A model generated the notes under the pieces. The model worked only from the letters and a program-made list of their open reading frames with translations, was not told where the DNA came from and ran no database searches. This document shows, in pieces, positions 1 through 8,911 of a DNA stretch of 64,000 nt; within the stretch, counting starts at the first letter, position 1; every line of letters begins with the position of its first letter. The stretch spans positions 71,661 to 135,660 of the forward strand of contig JAJRRL010000003.1 in the NCBI GenBank assembly GCA_024279495.1, written 5' to 3'. A program made the translations under genes and the position numbers. Source of the DNA: Gammaproteobacteria bacterium (GTDB taxonomy: Bacteria; Pseudomonadota; Gammaproteobacteria; JAJRRL01).

Positions 1-40
1 CATAGGGTAAACGCAGCGAGTGAACTTCGCAAACAGTGGC

Positions 41-520
41 TTAACGTTTGGCCCATTGCGGACTACGACGCGCTTTGCGACGGCCGACTTTCTTACGTTC
101 AACCATACGAGAATCACGTGTTACGAAACCTGCTTGGCGTAAAGCTTTGTGCCAATCGAGTTGTACACCTTTTTCGCTATCGCCTGTACCAGTATCGCCG
201 CCTTCTTCGCTTTCGTCAGCACTTTTTTCAGGAGTGTTGGCTCTTTCTAGCTTCATTAGAGCGCGAGTAATGGCATGACGAATGGCACCGGCTTGGCCGC
301 TAATTCCGCCACCTTTTACAGTGACATTGAAGTCGAACTGACTGGCAACATTTAGCAATTTTAGAGGCTGTCGCACGATCATAGTGGCAGTCTCGCGGCT
401 AAAAAAAGTGTCTAAAGGGAGACCGTTGACGATAATGCTACCGCTGCCGTCTTTTAGGAAGACTCTGGCAACAGATGTTTTACGACGGCCGATGGCATGA
501 ATAGAGTGTACTTGTGTCAT
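41..520 (-). CDS. rpsI: 30S ribosomal protein S9 (with acidic insertion)
   Basis: [42 protein letters not shown] motifs; start moved to ATG 520 downstream of rplM. Confidence 0.97.
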   Translation of the reverse strand: MTQVHSIHAIGRRKTSVARVFLKDGSGSIIVNGLPLDTFFSRETATMIVRQPLKLLNVASQFDFNVTVKGGGISGQAGAIRHAITRALMKLERANTPEKSADESEEGGDTGTGDSEKGVQLDWHKALRQAGFVTRDSRMVERKKVGRRKARRSPQWAKR

Positions 521-530
521 GGTGTTACTC

Positions 531-974
531 TCACTTGGTGGTGTCGTCAATATTGATTTGTTCAGGTTGTTGCGCCTGATGTGGATGCTCAGCGCCGCTA
601 TAGACTTTGAGCTTAGCCAGCATCTGACGACCAAGGCGATTGTGAGGCATCATGCCTTTTACCGCAAGCATTAGCATTTGTCCTGGGTTTTTATCTCGCA
701 TCTTGCTAAAAGAAACAGATTTGATACCGCCGGGGAATCCAGAGTGATGATGGTAGAGCTTGTCATCTTCTTTATTACCAGAAACGGTTACGCTACCGGC
801 ATTGATAACAATAATGAAGTCACCAGTATCAACATGAGGTGTGTATTCAGGTTTGTGCTTGCCTTTGAGTCTTGTAGCAATAAAACTGGCCAGGTGACCT
901 AGCGTTTTGCCTTTTGCATCAATGACATACCACTGATGTGATACGGTGCTGCTGTTAGCCATGTAGGTTGTCAT
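531..974 (-). CDS. rplM: 50S ribosomal protein L13
   Basis: [34 protein letters not shown]; start at ATG 974. Confidence 0.97.
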   Translation of the reverse strand: MTTYMANSSTVSHQWYVIDAKGKTLGHLASFIATRLKGKHKPEYTPHVDTGDFIIVINAGSVTVSGNKEDDKLYHHHSGFPGGIKSVSFSKMRDKNPGQMLMLAVKGMMPHNRLGRQMLAKLKVYSGAEHPHQAQQPEQINIDDTTK

Positions 975-1461
975 GAGAGATATCCAAACAAATGTATGAA
1001 AGGGCCACGATATTACCTCAGCCCTTTTCAAAAAACAAGAGGGTTCTGTGAGTTCTGTTCAGATATTGTGGAGTTGCCAGAAAAGGTTGGTGAGAAAGTG
1101 TGAAAATTGGCTGGTACCCTTTAATTAAAGTGAAAAGGGGAGGTTTTCAAAATTAGTACAACGATTCGTGTTTCTGTGAGAGATCAAAGCAAATTTGTAG
1201 GAGAAGATCTCTTTTTTTATGAAAAACAGTAGGTTATTGGCAAATTTAGGGTGCGTTTCAGCATTTTCTGTGATATCTGTAGTGCTAAGTGCTTGTTTTA
1301 AAGCACCTCTCTTATCTATAGTCGTTAATTATTGTTGTGTTGGTTTCAATGGCTTATGCACTATTGATTCTAATGTGGCGCTGATAAGGCGATAGAAGAA
1401 TGTTTGCTGAGCATTTGGCAGGTGTTCTTTTTCGGATAAAACTAACAACATGAGGTATACC

Positions 1462-1983
1462 ATGCCAGTAAAAAAGAAAACGGCTAAGCCAGCCGCCAAA
1501 AAAGTCACTGCTCGTAAAACAGCATCTCGTAAAACGGTTGCCAAAAAAGCTCCAGCTAAGCGTAAGCCAGCTGTAAAGCGGAAAGCAGTAGCTAAGAAAG
1601 CTGCTCCTAAAAAAACCGCTAAAAAAGCTGTTACGAAAGCTGTAGTTCCGACTTTGCCAGCAGTTAAAGCTTACAAAGAGCCTTTGAAAGGGCTGGGTCT
1701 TTTTAAAGAAATTGCTGAGTTAACTGACTTACCTCTAAAAGATATTAAACGAGTCTTTGAAGCATTGGATCATTGCATAGCTTGCTCGCTGAAAAAACGC
1801 AGCTGTGATCAGTTTACTTTGCCACGAATCGCTAAAATCAGTATTCGAGTTCGTCCAGCTCGTCGTAAAGGCAAGGGTGTTAACCCATTCACTGGAGAGG
1901 CTATGATTATCAAGGCTCGTCCATCAGCTCGAGTGGTTAAAGTCCGAGCGCTTAAACGACTTAAAGACATGGCTGAAGCGTAA
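1462..1983 (+). CDS. HU/IHF-family DNA-binding protein with Lys/Ala-rich histone H1-like N-terminal tail
   Basis: C-terminal RPARRKGKGVNPFTGEAMIIKARP HU arm; ~60 aa KKxA/PAKK-rich N-terminus; GAGG RBS before ATG 1462. Confidence 0.88.
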   Translation: MPVKKKTAKPAAKKVTARKTASRKTVAKKAPAKRKPAVKRKAVAKKAAPKKTAKKAVTKAVVPTLPAVKAYKEPLKGLGLFKEIAELTDLPLKDIKRVFEALDHCIACSLKKRSCDQFTLPRIAKISIRVRPARRKGKGVNPFTGEAMIIKARPSARVVKVRALKRLKDMAEA

Positions 1984-2000
1984 GCCCACGTTTTTATGAT

Positions 2001-2036
2001 AAAAGCCTGCCAGGAGGGATCCTTGCAGGCTTTTTT
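2001..2036 (+). terminator. Rho-independent terminator after HU-like gene
   Basis: AAAAGCCTGC...GCAGGCTTTTTT hairpin plus T run. Confidence 0.8.
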
Positions 2037-2162
2037 GCTACAATTGCATAGAGCGCGTCCTAAAGTCTCGGTAATTGCTTTTTCAGCCTATCGATGATGT
2101 CAGAGACGCAGCTTAGAGATATTGACAGATGCCTGCTTTAGACCGACTACGGGAGAGACTCC

Positions 2163-2861
2163 ATGCTAACGAAACGATGCGGCCAGGGCCTCTACTATAA
2201 CCCAGCAGACACGCAAGTGGTGGCGCGTTGGATCAGGCAAGCTCAACTCAAGTCGAGAACCCCAGAGTTTGATTTAATTGAAGTTGACTACTCTTTGGGT
2301 GATATTCAATTTATTTGGCACTTGTTGCTTCCAGATAACCCAAAATTAGCAGATACCTTGAGTGCTTATACCGAAGGGCAGGATGCTGTTCGTGCTGTGA
2401 TGGTGGAATTACCAAAATCGGTAGAAGATGAAGAGCATCATGTGTTGGCAGATATTTTTGCCGGTATGGCCTTGCAGGGGGTGGTAGAGCGGTATGGCTA
2501 TGATTACCTTCAGGATGAGGAAAGAGTGCCACGAGAAATGGGTTTGTTAATTGAAGGCATGTCTGATCAGAAAATAGCGGGCATTGCTCATTGCCGCGAA
2601 GTGTTTGCTGAAGACCCAGAAAACCACTCACACATGAAGTGGTTTTTTAGAGATTTAGTTGGTCGCTATAAAGATGCCATTGAGCAAGAAGATGCTCCTT
2701 TCGAAGATTACGCTAAATTTTTTCCATGGCTGACTATTTCTGTGGGAGAGCCTTATTATTTGGCTGCTGCCCAATGTTTGCCACCTTGCGATCTGAGGAT
2801 GTTGAGTAAGTATTTATTTCAAGAGAGTGAGCAAGGCTTATTGTTGTCGCCAAAAGTGTAG
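2163..2861 (+). CDS. Hypothetical acidic protein
   Basis: 232 aa ORF with GGGAG RBS; no motif recognised. Confidence 0.7.
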   Translation: MLTKRCGQGLYYNPADTQVVARWIRQAQLKSRTPEFDLIEVDYSLGDIQFIWHLLLPDNPKLADTLSAYTEGQDAVRAVMVELPKSVEDEEHHVLADIFAGMALQGVVERYGYDYLQDEERVPREMGLLIEGMSDQKIAGIAHCREVFAEDPENHSHMKWFFRDLVGRYKDAIEQEDAPFEDYAKFFPWLTISVGEPYYLAAAQCLPPCDLRMLSKYLFQESEQGLLLSPKV

Positions 2862-2910
2862 AGCTGTATTTTAGTTGCTTTCAAATGACCCTCAGGGAAG
2901 ACAGCCGGTG

Positions 2911-3603
2911 TTAACCTTGCTGTCTGATGCCTCTGCGTATCATGTCTTTTTGTGAGTCGCGCTCGAGCCTTTCTCGCATGTCTTGATCAGTTTGAGTGGG
3001 GTTGTAGTTGCTGAGGTTGACGCCCTGGCGTTGGCCGTGTACCCAGATAGCCCAGATCATAGCTGGTAGACCGTCAACAATGTGGATGTTTTGCCAACCT
3101 TGTTGTTTTGCTAAGGCAACAAGTTCGCCTGCTGTTAGGAAGGTTTGACCCTTGATAGTCCCTACAGGTTTACCATCACCACTATCGTCATCGTCTTTGT
3201 GTTTTAGGCCCGCATAGTTGAATAATCGGTCGCCTAAAGAGCAGCAAATAGCATCGCCGTAATTGACGATAACCCAGCCGGCTTTTGAGTGCATGATTTT
3301 AGGTTTGTCGTAGGCTGTCACACCATCAGCTGTTGTTAGCTGAATAAATGGACGGTGTTCCGCAAGGTAAGCAATGCTTTCAGGTGTGATAGGGCATTGC
3401 CATTTAAAGGGAACGCCTAAAGCGTCAAGTGTTTTCAAAAAGGGCAGTTCATCGTCTAGCTCGTCATCGTCTAGTTCATCGCTGTCTAGCTCATCGTCAT
3501 GCAGTTCATCTGTATGATCGTCAGATGCTGTGTCACCAGGGTTGTCCTGTGTGTTTTTAAGTAAGTCATCGTCTAGGGATGGATCATCGTGATTGTCGGG
3601 CAT
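2911..3603 (-). CDS. Hypothetical protein, acidic N-terminus, LvgA/LPD7-like C-terminal domain (tentative)
   Basis: AAGGAAG RBS; DELDDDEL repeats; ALAKQQGWQNIHIVDG..WAIW...GVNLSNYNPT resembles the LPD7 pattern, by eye. Confidence 0.6.
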   Translation of the reverse strand: MPDNHDDPSLDDDLLKNTQDNPGDTASDDHTDELHDDELDSDELDDDELDDELPFLKTLDALGVPFKWQCPITPESIAYLAEHRPFIQLTTADGVTAYDKPKIMHSKAGWVIVNYGDAICCSLGDRLFNYAGLKHKDDDDSGDGKPVGTIKGQTFLTAGELVALAKQQGWQNIHIVDGLPAMIWAIWVHGQRQGVNLSNYNPTQTDQDMRERLERDSQKDMIRRGIRQQG

Positions 3604-3666
3604 GAGCAGCTTCCTTTGCGATACTTTAGGGACGTATCTACTATTGTATCAAACCATTGGGTTTTC

Positions 3667-4034
3667 TTCACCTTTCTGGAGCTTTGAGTATAAAAAAGCA
3701 ATCCCCATTTTTGGGTAAAATAAAATAGCTCTAACCTTTTGTCACCCCCAGGAACAGCGTGACGTCGGGGGCCTAGGCTTGATCTTGTTCGCATGAAATG
3801 CGAGCCAAGGATCTTTCTAAATCAATAAAACTCTCTTCAAAATGCTCATGCGAAGTAAGCTTGCTTGCGAACGTCCTCGCGAAGGCGAGGATCCAGTTGA
3901 AAAGTGTACATTCCGCTTTTTCATCATTTTTTCGTCTAACCTTGCCTCAAATCTGGAAATTTGATGTGAAGCTTCAGATTTGAGTGTAGGGCTTGTTCAC
4001 CTTTCTGGAGCTTTGAGTATAAAAAAGCAATCCC
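3667..4034. repeat. Composite palindromic repeat locus (REP-like + RPE-like + nested insert) bracketed by 39-bp perfect direct repeats
   Basis: TGTCACCCCCAGGAAC..GTGACGTCGGGGGCCTAGG core at 3740; CTCTCTTCAAAATGCTCATG..TGTACA module; direct repeats 3667-3705 and 3996-4034. Confidence 0.85.
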
Positions 4035-4046
4035 GTTTTGGTTATT

Positions 4047-6395
4047 CTATGTGTCATTTTTTGGGGTGGGGCATTGATGACAATCTGAGCATTGCGAAGA
4101 ACAGTTGCCCGCTTTCCAGGTCGGAGTATGCGAGCTTACGACTGTTTTTAATGAGCTCATGTAGCGATGAGCAAGTACAAGCAGAGTGGTTAAAAGAAGA
4201 GCGCTCGATAATAGCCATATACTTGCAAAAAGAGGTTGTGCTCGCCAACTTAATAGTTGGTAGGCGTCAGTAGCGATGAGATAGGCAATGCAGGTAGACC
4301 AAGTAATCGAAAAGTTTCCCCACCAGGTGCCAAGTTCTTGGCGCATCGCTGCAAGTGTTGAGATGCAGGGGAAGTAGAGCAAAATAAAGAGGAGATAACA
4401 AAAAGCATTTTTTGGATGAGCAAAGGCAGTTTGCATGTGATGGTAAGCTGATTGCCCCATTGATTCATCGGCGGCGCTGGCAAGAACTGGGTTGATTAGG
4501 GCTGATGGCAGGGCTTTTAGGTTAGTCATAATGCTGTTTGCAGCGACGGCCATTATTTTCGACCACACAATCGGTAAGTCACTCTGCGATGCGCTTGGTT
4601 GGTAGAGAGTATTCAGTGTTGCAATGACCACTTCCTTCGCCATGATGCCTGTTGCTAGTCCAACGGTGGCTGGCCAGTTGTCTTGCTCAATACCCATGGG
4701 TCTGAAAATCGGGGTAACAGTTCTGCCTATTTGCGCAAGCGCTGATTGATTGGGAGTACTTTGATGTATGCCGTGTTTAAAAGAGACATTCACTTGCATC
4801 AGTACGCCAATTAAAGCGCAAGTGGGGATGATGACTTTACCGGCTCGTTTCACAAAGCCAGCGACGCGTCGTTTAACTCGCTGCATGATCGAGCGTAAGC
4901 TTGGGCATTGATAGTCTGGTAGAGACATGAGCCAATGAGATGTGTAGTTGTGTAGTAGAAAGCGTCGGGTGAATAAACCGGTTAAGATCGCGATGGTTAA
5001 TCCGATGAGGTAAAGCAAGAAAACCATCAGGCTTCCGGCATGCATGAAAAAAGCATTGGCAACAATCGCAAAAATGGCTAGTCTCGCGCCGCAAGACATA
5101 AAGGGAGCCATTAAGGCGGTGATGATTCGGTCGCTGGTATGATTGAGGGAGCGAGTGCTCATGATGGCGGGAACATTGCAGCCAAAGCCGATAATCATTG
5201 GAATAAAGGCTTGTCCAGGAAGTTTCAGGGTTTGCATAAGGCGGTCAATGACAAAAGCACCTCGAGCGAGATATCCGGTTTCTTCAAGTAGGGATAAAAA
5301 CAAAAATAAGGCAGCAATCACGGGGATAAACGTGATAGTTGTGCAAATGCCTCTGCCGATACCGTTCGCAAGGATACTGATTAACCATCCCGGGGCATGC
5401 CATTGTGTTAAGTAGTGTGTTGGTAATCTCACGAGTATGGCTTCGCTGATGTGTTGCAGGGCGTCTTGAAAAGCGCCGCCGATATTGATGGCAAAGAAAA
5501 ACAATAAGTACATCATGAAAAAAAATAAAGGAACGCCAAACCATCGGTGTAAAAACACATTGTCTAAGGTTTTGCTGATTTGTTGTTTGACTGTTTTCTG
5601 ACTGACGGCAAGCGTGCACAAGCGCTTTGCCTCGCTGTAGTCCGTTTGATAATACAGCGTTGTAGGGTCAGAGATGCCTAGGTCTTTTAGGGTCTTTTCT
5701 GTTAGCTCACGCCAGCCGGATAATGATTCTAGGAGCGGAATATCAGCGCCGCAGAGTAGTTGCTCGGCAGCATCTCTTGCGTGTTTAGGGCAAGCAATCG
5801 CTTGAGCGTGGAGAGCCTTTGCTAGAGTGACTTCTGCTTTTAGTAAGTGAGGGTCGTGTTGTCTTTTTGGATGTGTATTTGTTTTGTTTGTTAGGGCTTT
5901 TTCTATGGTTGCGCGAAGCGTGGCAATGTCGCTGCCTTTCTTGGCGCTTAAGGCAAGCACAGGGCAGGCAAGCTCTTTGCTAAGGGCTTGTGTGTTAATG
6001 AGCAGGCCTTGTTTTTGAGCCAGGTCCATTTTATTGACGACAAGTAGCATGGGAACGGCCAGTCGACGAAGTTGTTGAGTGAGGGCCAAGCCTTTTTCTA
6101 GATGACAGGCATCAATGACGTTGATGAGCAGTGATGGTTCGTGAGAGCCGAGGAGTTGACAGCTGATGCGCGCGTCGATGGCTTGTTGGTTTGTAAAGCA
6201 GCGGGTGGTGTGAATGCCAGGTAGGTCTAAGATGGAGCAGCTTCCTGCCGGCAATGCACAGGTGCCGAGCTGTCGGTCGACGGTGACGCCAGACCAGTTT
6301 CCGACGGTCTGTTTTTGGCCAGTTAAGGCATTAAAGAGCACGCTCTTCCCGCAGTTGGGGTTGCCAACTAATGCGACGAGTTGCTCGGCGCTCAC
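4047..6395 (-). CDS. feoB: Ferrous iron transporter FeoB with Cys-rich C-terminus
   Basis: GNPNCGKS, VGNWSGVTV, DLPG, NKMD GTPase motifs; GFGCNVPAIM and PFMSC gate motifs. Confidence 0.97.
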   Translation of the reverse strand: MSAEQLVALVGNPNCGKSVLFNALTGQKQTVGNWSGVTVDRQLGTCALPAGSCSILDLPGIHTTRCFTNQQAIDARISCQLLGSHEPSLLINVIDACHLEKGLALTQQLRRLAVPMLLVVNKMDLAQKQGLLINTQALSKELACPVLALSAKKGSDIATLRATIEKALTNKTNTHPKRQHDPHLLKAEVTLAKALHAQAIACPKHARDAAEQLLCGADIPLLESLSGWRELTEKTLKDLGISDPTTLYYQTDYSEAKRLCTLAVSQKTVKQQISKTLDNVFLHRWFGVPLFFFMMYLLFFFAINIGGAFQDALQHISEAILVRLPTHYLTQWHAPGWLISILANGIGRGICTTITFIPVIAALFLFLSLLEETGYLARGAFVIDRLMQTLKLPGQAFIPMIIGFGCNVPAIMSTRSLNHTSDRIITALMAPFMSCGARLAIFAIVANAFFMHAGSLMVFLLYLIGLTIAILTGLFTRRFLLHNYTSHWLMSLPDYQCPSLRSIMQRVKRRVAGFVKRAGKVIIPTCALIGVLMQVNVSFKHGIHQSTPNQSALAQIGRTVTPIFRPMGIEQDNWPATVGLATGIMAKEVVIATLNTLYQPSASQSDLPIVWSKIMAVAANSIMTNLKALPSALINPVLASAADESMGQSAYHHMQTAFAHPKNAFCYLLFILLYFPCISTLAAMRQELGTWWGNFSITWSTCIAYLIATDAYQLLSWRAQPLFASIWLLSSALLLTTLLVLAHRYMSSLKTVVSSHTPTWKAGNCSSQCSDCHQCPTPKNDT

Positions 6396-6655
6396 TAAAA
6401 GGCCTCGTGGGGGCTACGGACTTTAATAAGGGGTAATGGCAAGGCCTCTTTTTTTCGTAAGCTTAAGCGGTAGCCGCGAAGCTCAATCTCAACAGGGTCT
6501 CCTAAGGGCGCTTTCCGTGTGACAGTGATGGGTGTGCCTGGAAGAATGCCCATTTGGGCTAGTAGGCGTCGGTAATCAGGGGTGCATTCAGACAGATCCC
6601 CGACAACAGCTTGGTCGCCGACATTGAGTTTAGATAAGGATGTGAATGTGCTCAT
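6395..6655 (-). CDS. feoA: FeoA
   Basis: RRLLAQMGILPG, APLGDPVEI, LSLRKKEA. Confidence 0.95.
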   Translation of the reverse strand: MSTFTSLSKLNVGDQAVVGDLSECTPDYRRLLAQMGILPGTPITVTRKAPLGDPVEIELRGYRLSLRKKEALPLPLIKVRSPHEAF

Positions 6656-6705
6656 GTGTGCACCCCTGCTATTTTTTGATCAAAAACACTGAATTTGAGT
6701 TCAAA

Positions 6706-6755
6706 ATACTATCCTGGGAGGCGCAATCTGTCAAGCTAGTTGAGAATCATTTTCA
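6706..6755 (-). promoter_or_regulatory. feoAB sigma70 promoter plus Fur box
   Basis: TTGACA(6734-6729)-N17-TAGTAT; TGAGAAT-C-ATTTTCA at 6741-6755 matches 12 of 14 positions of the Fur 7-1-7 consensus. Confidence 0.7.
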
Positions 6756-7365
6756 TTTGGGCGTAATGGGATACGATAAGGTCCCTTAAAGGAATAAGCT
6801 GCCCGTGGAAGTAATGGCTGGCAGGTTCAATGACCTCTAAGGACATGGGGGTGGAGTGAGCGGCTTGGAATGCTTTCAGTTCATCGACGCTTACAAATTC
6901 GTCATCACTGCCCACAATGCAGTGCCAGGGGCATTGGATGCTATTGAGTGTGCTGTAGTCGCTATGCTTCAGGACCGGAGCGAGAGTGAGTAGTTGGCGA
7001 ACAATATCAGGTTTTTCATTTGCCACTTTGGCGGCAATGTAGGCTCCAAAAGAAAAGCCAGCCATCCAAATGGGTCTACTGCCTTGCTCGAGTACCCAAT
7101 TCAGCACAGCCATGGCGTCGTCGATTTCTCCCACTTGATGGTCAAATTCACCGGTGCTTTTGCCCACGCCTCGAAAATTGAAAATAACAGTCGCAAACCC
7201 CAGCTGTTGCATGGCTTTGCAGGCCGTGGTGACGACCTTGTTGGTCATGCTTCCGCCATGTTGTGGATGAGGGTGGCAAATAATGGCCAAGGGGAGGGTC
7301 GGGTTATCGCTGGGCGTGTAGATTGCTTCTAATGTGCCAGCAGGGCTAGGAATGCTTAATGACAT
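6736..7365 (-). CDS. Alpha/beta hydrolase
   Basis: CHPHPQHGGSMTNKVV, FNFRGVGKS, GFSFG nucleophile elbow, HYF. Confidence 0.92.
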   Translation of the reverse strand: MSLSIPSPAGTLEAIYTPSDNPTLPLAIICHPHPQHGGSMTNKVVTTACKAMQQLGFATVIFNFRGVGKSTGEFDHQVGEIDDAMAVLNWVLEQGSRPIWMAGFSFGAYIAAKVANEKPDIVRQLLTLAPVLKHSDYSTLNSIQCPWHCIVGSDDEFVSVDELKAFQAAHSTPMSLEVIEPASHYFHGQLIPLRDLIVSHYAQMKMILN

Positions 7366-7373
7366 GGTTAGGC

Positions 7374-8375
7374 TTAGATTCCTGGCGCGTTAGATGGGCT
7401 TTCATCGCGCTCTACGCCTGTATCAGCGGCAGTTTCTCGATTGTTTGTTCCTAGGCCAGGCTCACCGGCTGCGTCATTGTTGTGGACAGCTGTGTTTTCG
7501 TTTATATCGTCTGCTCCAGTTGCAGGTTTAGGTGCATTGTCACTGGCGTTTGTATTATCAGCAGGTTTTTCTGGTCTGTCTTCAAAGCGTTGAGAGTTGA
7601 GTGGCTCGAGGACGCAATCGGCAGCGTATGCTCGCTCAGGGCTTTGATCGACTTCGCCAGTATATTCCATGACGGGTTTGCCTTTGTTGTCAAATTCTGG
7701 CTCGCCATCGCTGTCATTTCGTTGCTGTTGCGCAAAATCTTCATCTTTTAGGCTGAGAGCACCCTTTTGTGCGGAGCTTAGGGCTTTTCCTTTCTCATTT
7801 CGGAAGTTTGTGGTGAAGTTTTTCATGGCTTTTTTCATGTCAGTATGGCTAGGCTCTTTGCCATTATTCTTTTTGAAATCATCTTTAAGAACTTTGTGTA
7901 GTGCCTTGGAGACTGGTACGCCGTCTTTCTTTGATATGTGTTTTGCTTTGTTGTGAGTATTTGAGGCTTTGACCTTTTTAAATTCTTTATGGAGGTCTTT
8001 TAGGCCTTTATTAATTTGAGCTAAGTCTTTAGCGTTCATAACTACTTGCTTCAGCATGGCCATGCCTCGTGCCCAGATATCCATGCCGCTGCCAGAGTCT
8101 AGCATTTGACCTTGTTTCTTTTTCCACTGGTCCAGTAGCTGTTTTTGTTGTTTCTTCAAATCGTCTAATGTCTTTCCGCCGGTTGGCTTAGGGCCGTCTG
8201 GGGCTAGGGTTTTTGCTTGGCCTTTTTCAGCGCCATTTTTCTGCGAGACAGCCTCAGCTTGGCCATCTGCTACAGCGCTGGGTTTCTTGCTCGGTTCGTT
8301 TGTGCTTGATGTGTCATTGCTTGATGTGCTGCTGTCAGCGGAGTCGGTGCTGCTCTCGGGTCCTGGAATTGTCAT
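7374..8375 (-). CDS. Hydrophilic low-complexity hypothetical protein, candidate PmrA-regulated T4BSS substrate/component
   Basis: GAGG RBS before ATG 8375; Ser/Lys/Asp-rich; PmrA-type box upstream. Confidence 0.7.
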   Translation of the reverse strand: MTIPGPESSTDSADSSTSSNDTSSTNEPSKKPSAVADGQAEAVSQKNGAEKGQAKTLAPDGPKPTGGKTLDDLKKQQKQLLDQWKKKQGQMLDSGSGMDIWARGMAMLKQVVMNAKDLAQINKGLKDLHKEFKKVKASNTHNKAKHISKKDGVPVSKALHKVLKDDFKKNNGKEPSHTDMKKAMKNFTTNFRNEKGKALSSAQKGALSLKDEDFAQQQRNDSDGEPEFDNKGKPVMEYTGEVDQSPERAYAADCVLEPLNSQRFEDRPEKPADNTNASDNAPKPATGADDINENTAVHNNDAAGEPGLGTNNRETAADTGVERDESPSNAPGI

Positions 8376-8428
8376 AACGTAAGCCTCTGTAAAAAAAATG
8401 TGCACTTATCCTTTAAGGATGTACTCTA

Positions 8429-8461
8429 ATTATACCCCGTTAGGGTTAAAAAAACCTTAAG
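8429..8461 (-). promoter_or_regulatory. PmrA-type direct-repeat box and -10 element
   Basis: Minus strand reads CTTAAGGTT-TT-TTTAACCCT-N7-TATAAT. Confidence 0.7.
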
Positions 8462-8532
8462 CGGGTGCTATTGAAGGGTTCTCTTAGCTATCTCTTTGGA
8501 TTGATTCGGTTTTTTGGTAGATAGTCATGAAT

Positions 8533-8568
8533 AACAAAAGGGGTAGACATTAATCTACCCCTTTTGTT
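8533..8568. terminator. Terminator hairpin after ihfB
   Basis: AACAAAAGGGGTAGA-cattaa-TCTACCCCTTTTGTT, perfect 15-bp stem. Confidence 0.8.
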
Positions 8569-8581
8569 GGCTTGTTTGGCT

Positions 8582-8911
8582 TTAGTACTGCTCTCGTTGA
8601 TCTTTTGTGTCTTTAATAGGATGTAGCGCACGGCTTAAGTTAGTGCGATCGCGCAACTCTTTGCCTGGCTTAAAGTGAGGTGTGCTTTTTGGTGGTGTAT
8701 GCACCAATTCACCTGTGCGTGGGTTGTGAGCTTGGCGCGCAGGGCGATGACGAACGCTAATGCTGCCAAAGCCACGTATCTCAATACGTTGGCCTCGACT
8801 AAGCGAGTTGCTCATAGCATCAATAATATGATTGACGCTAGTCTCAACATCCTTCGATTGCAAATGATTTTGCTTCTCAGCAATTTGCTGGATGAGTTCT
8901 GATTTGACCAT
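8582..8911 (-). CDS. ihfB: Integration host factor beta subunit
   Basis: MVKSELI, RIEIRGFGS, HNPRTGE, PHFKPGKELRDR; GAGG RBS. Confidence 0.93.
   Translation of the reverse strand: MVKSELIQQIAEKQNHLQSKDVETSVNHIIDAMSNSLSRGQRIEIRGFGSISVRHRPARQAHNPRTGELVHTPPKSTPHFKPGKELRDRTNLSRALHPIKDTKDQREQY

Noticed and set aside
2163-2861. Assignment as IcmW or another named Dot/Icm subunit
   Set aside because: No recognisable motif match, so it is left as hypothetical.
3573-3983. Short ORFs within repeat loci (also 31493, 31764, 33077, 38626, 43124, 60633, and the N-terminal extension of 51060..51620)
   Set aside because: They translate repeat sequence (e.g. LGPRRH..GDK recurs), have no RBS and often use non-ATG starts.
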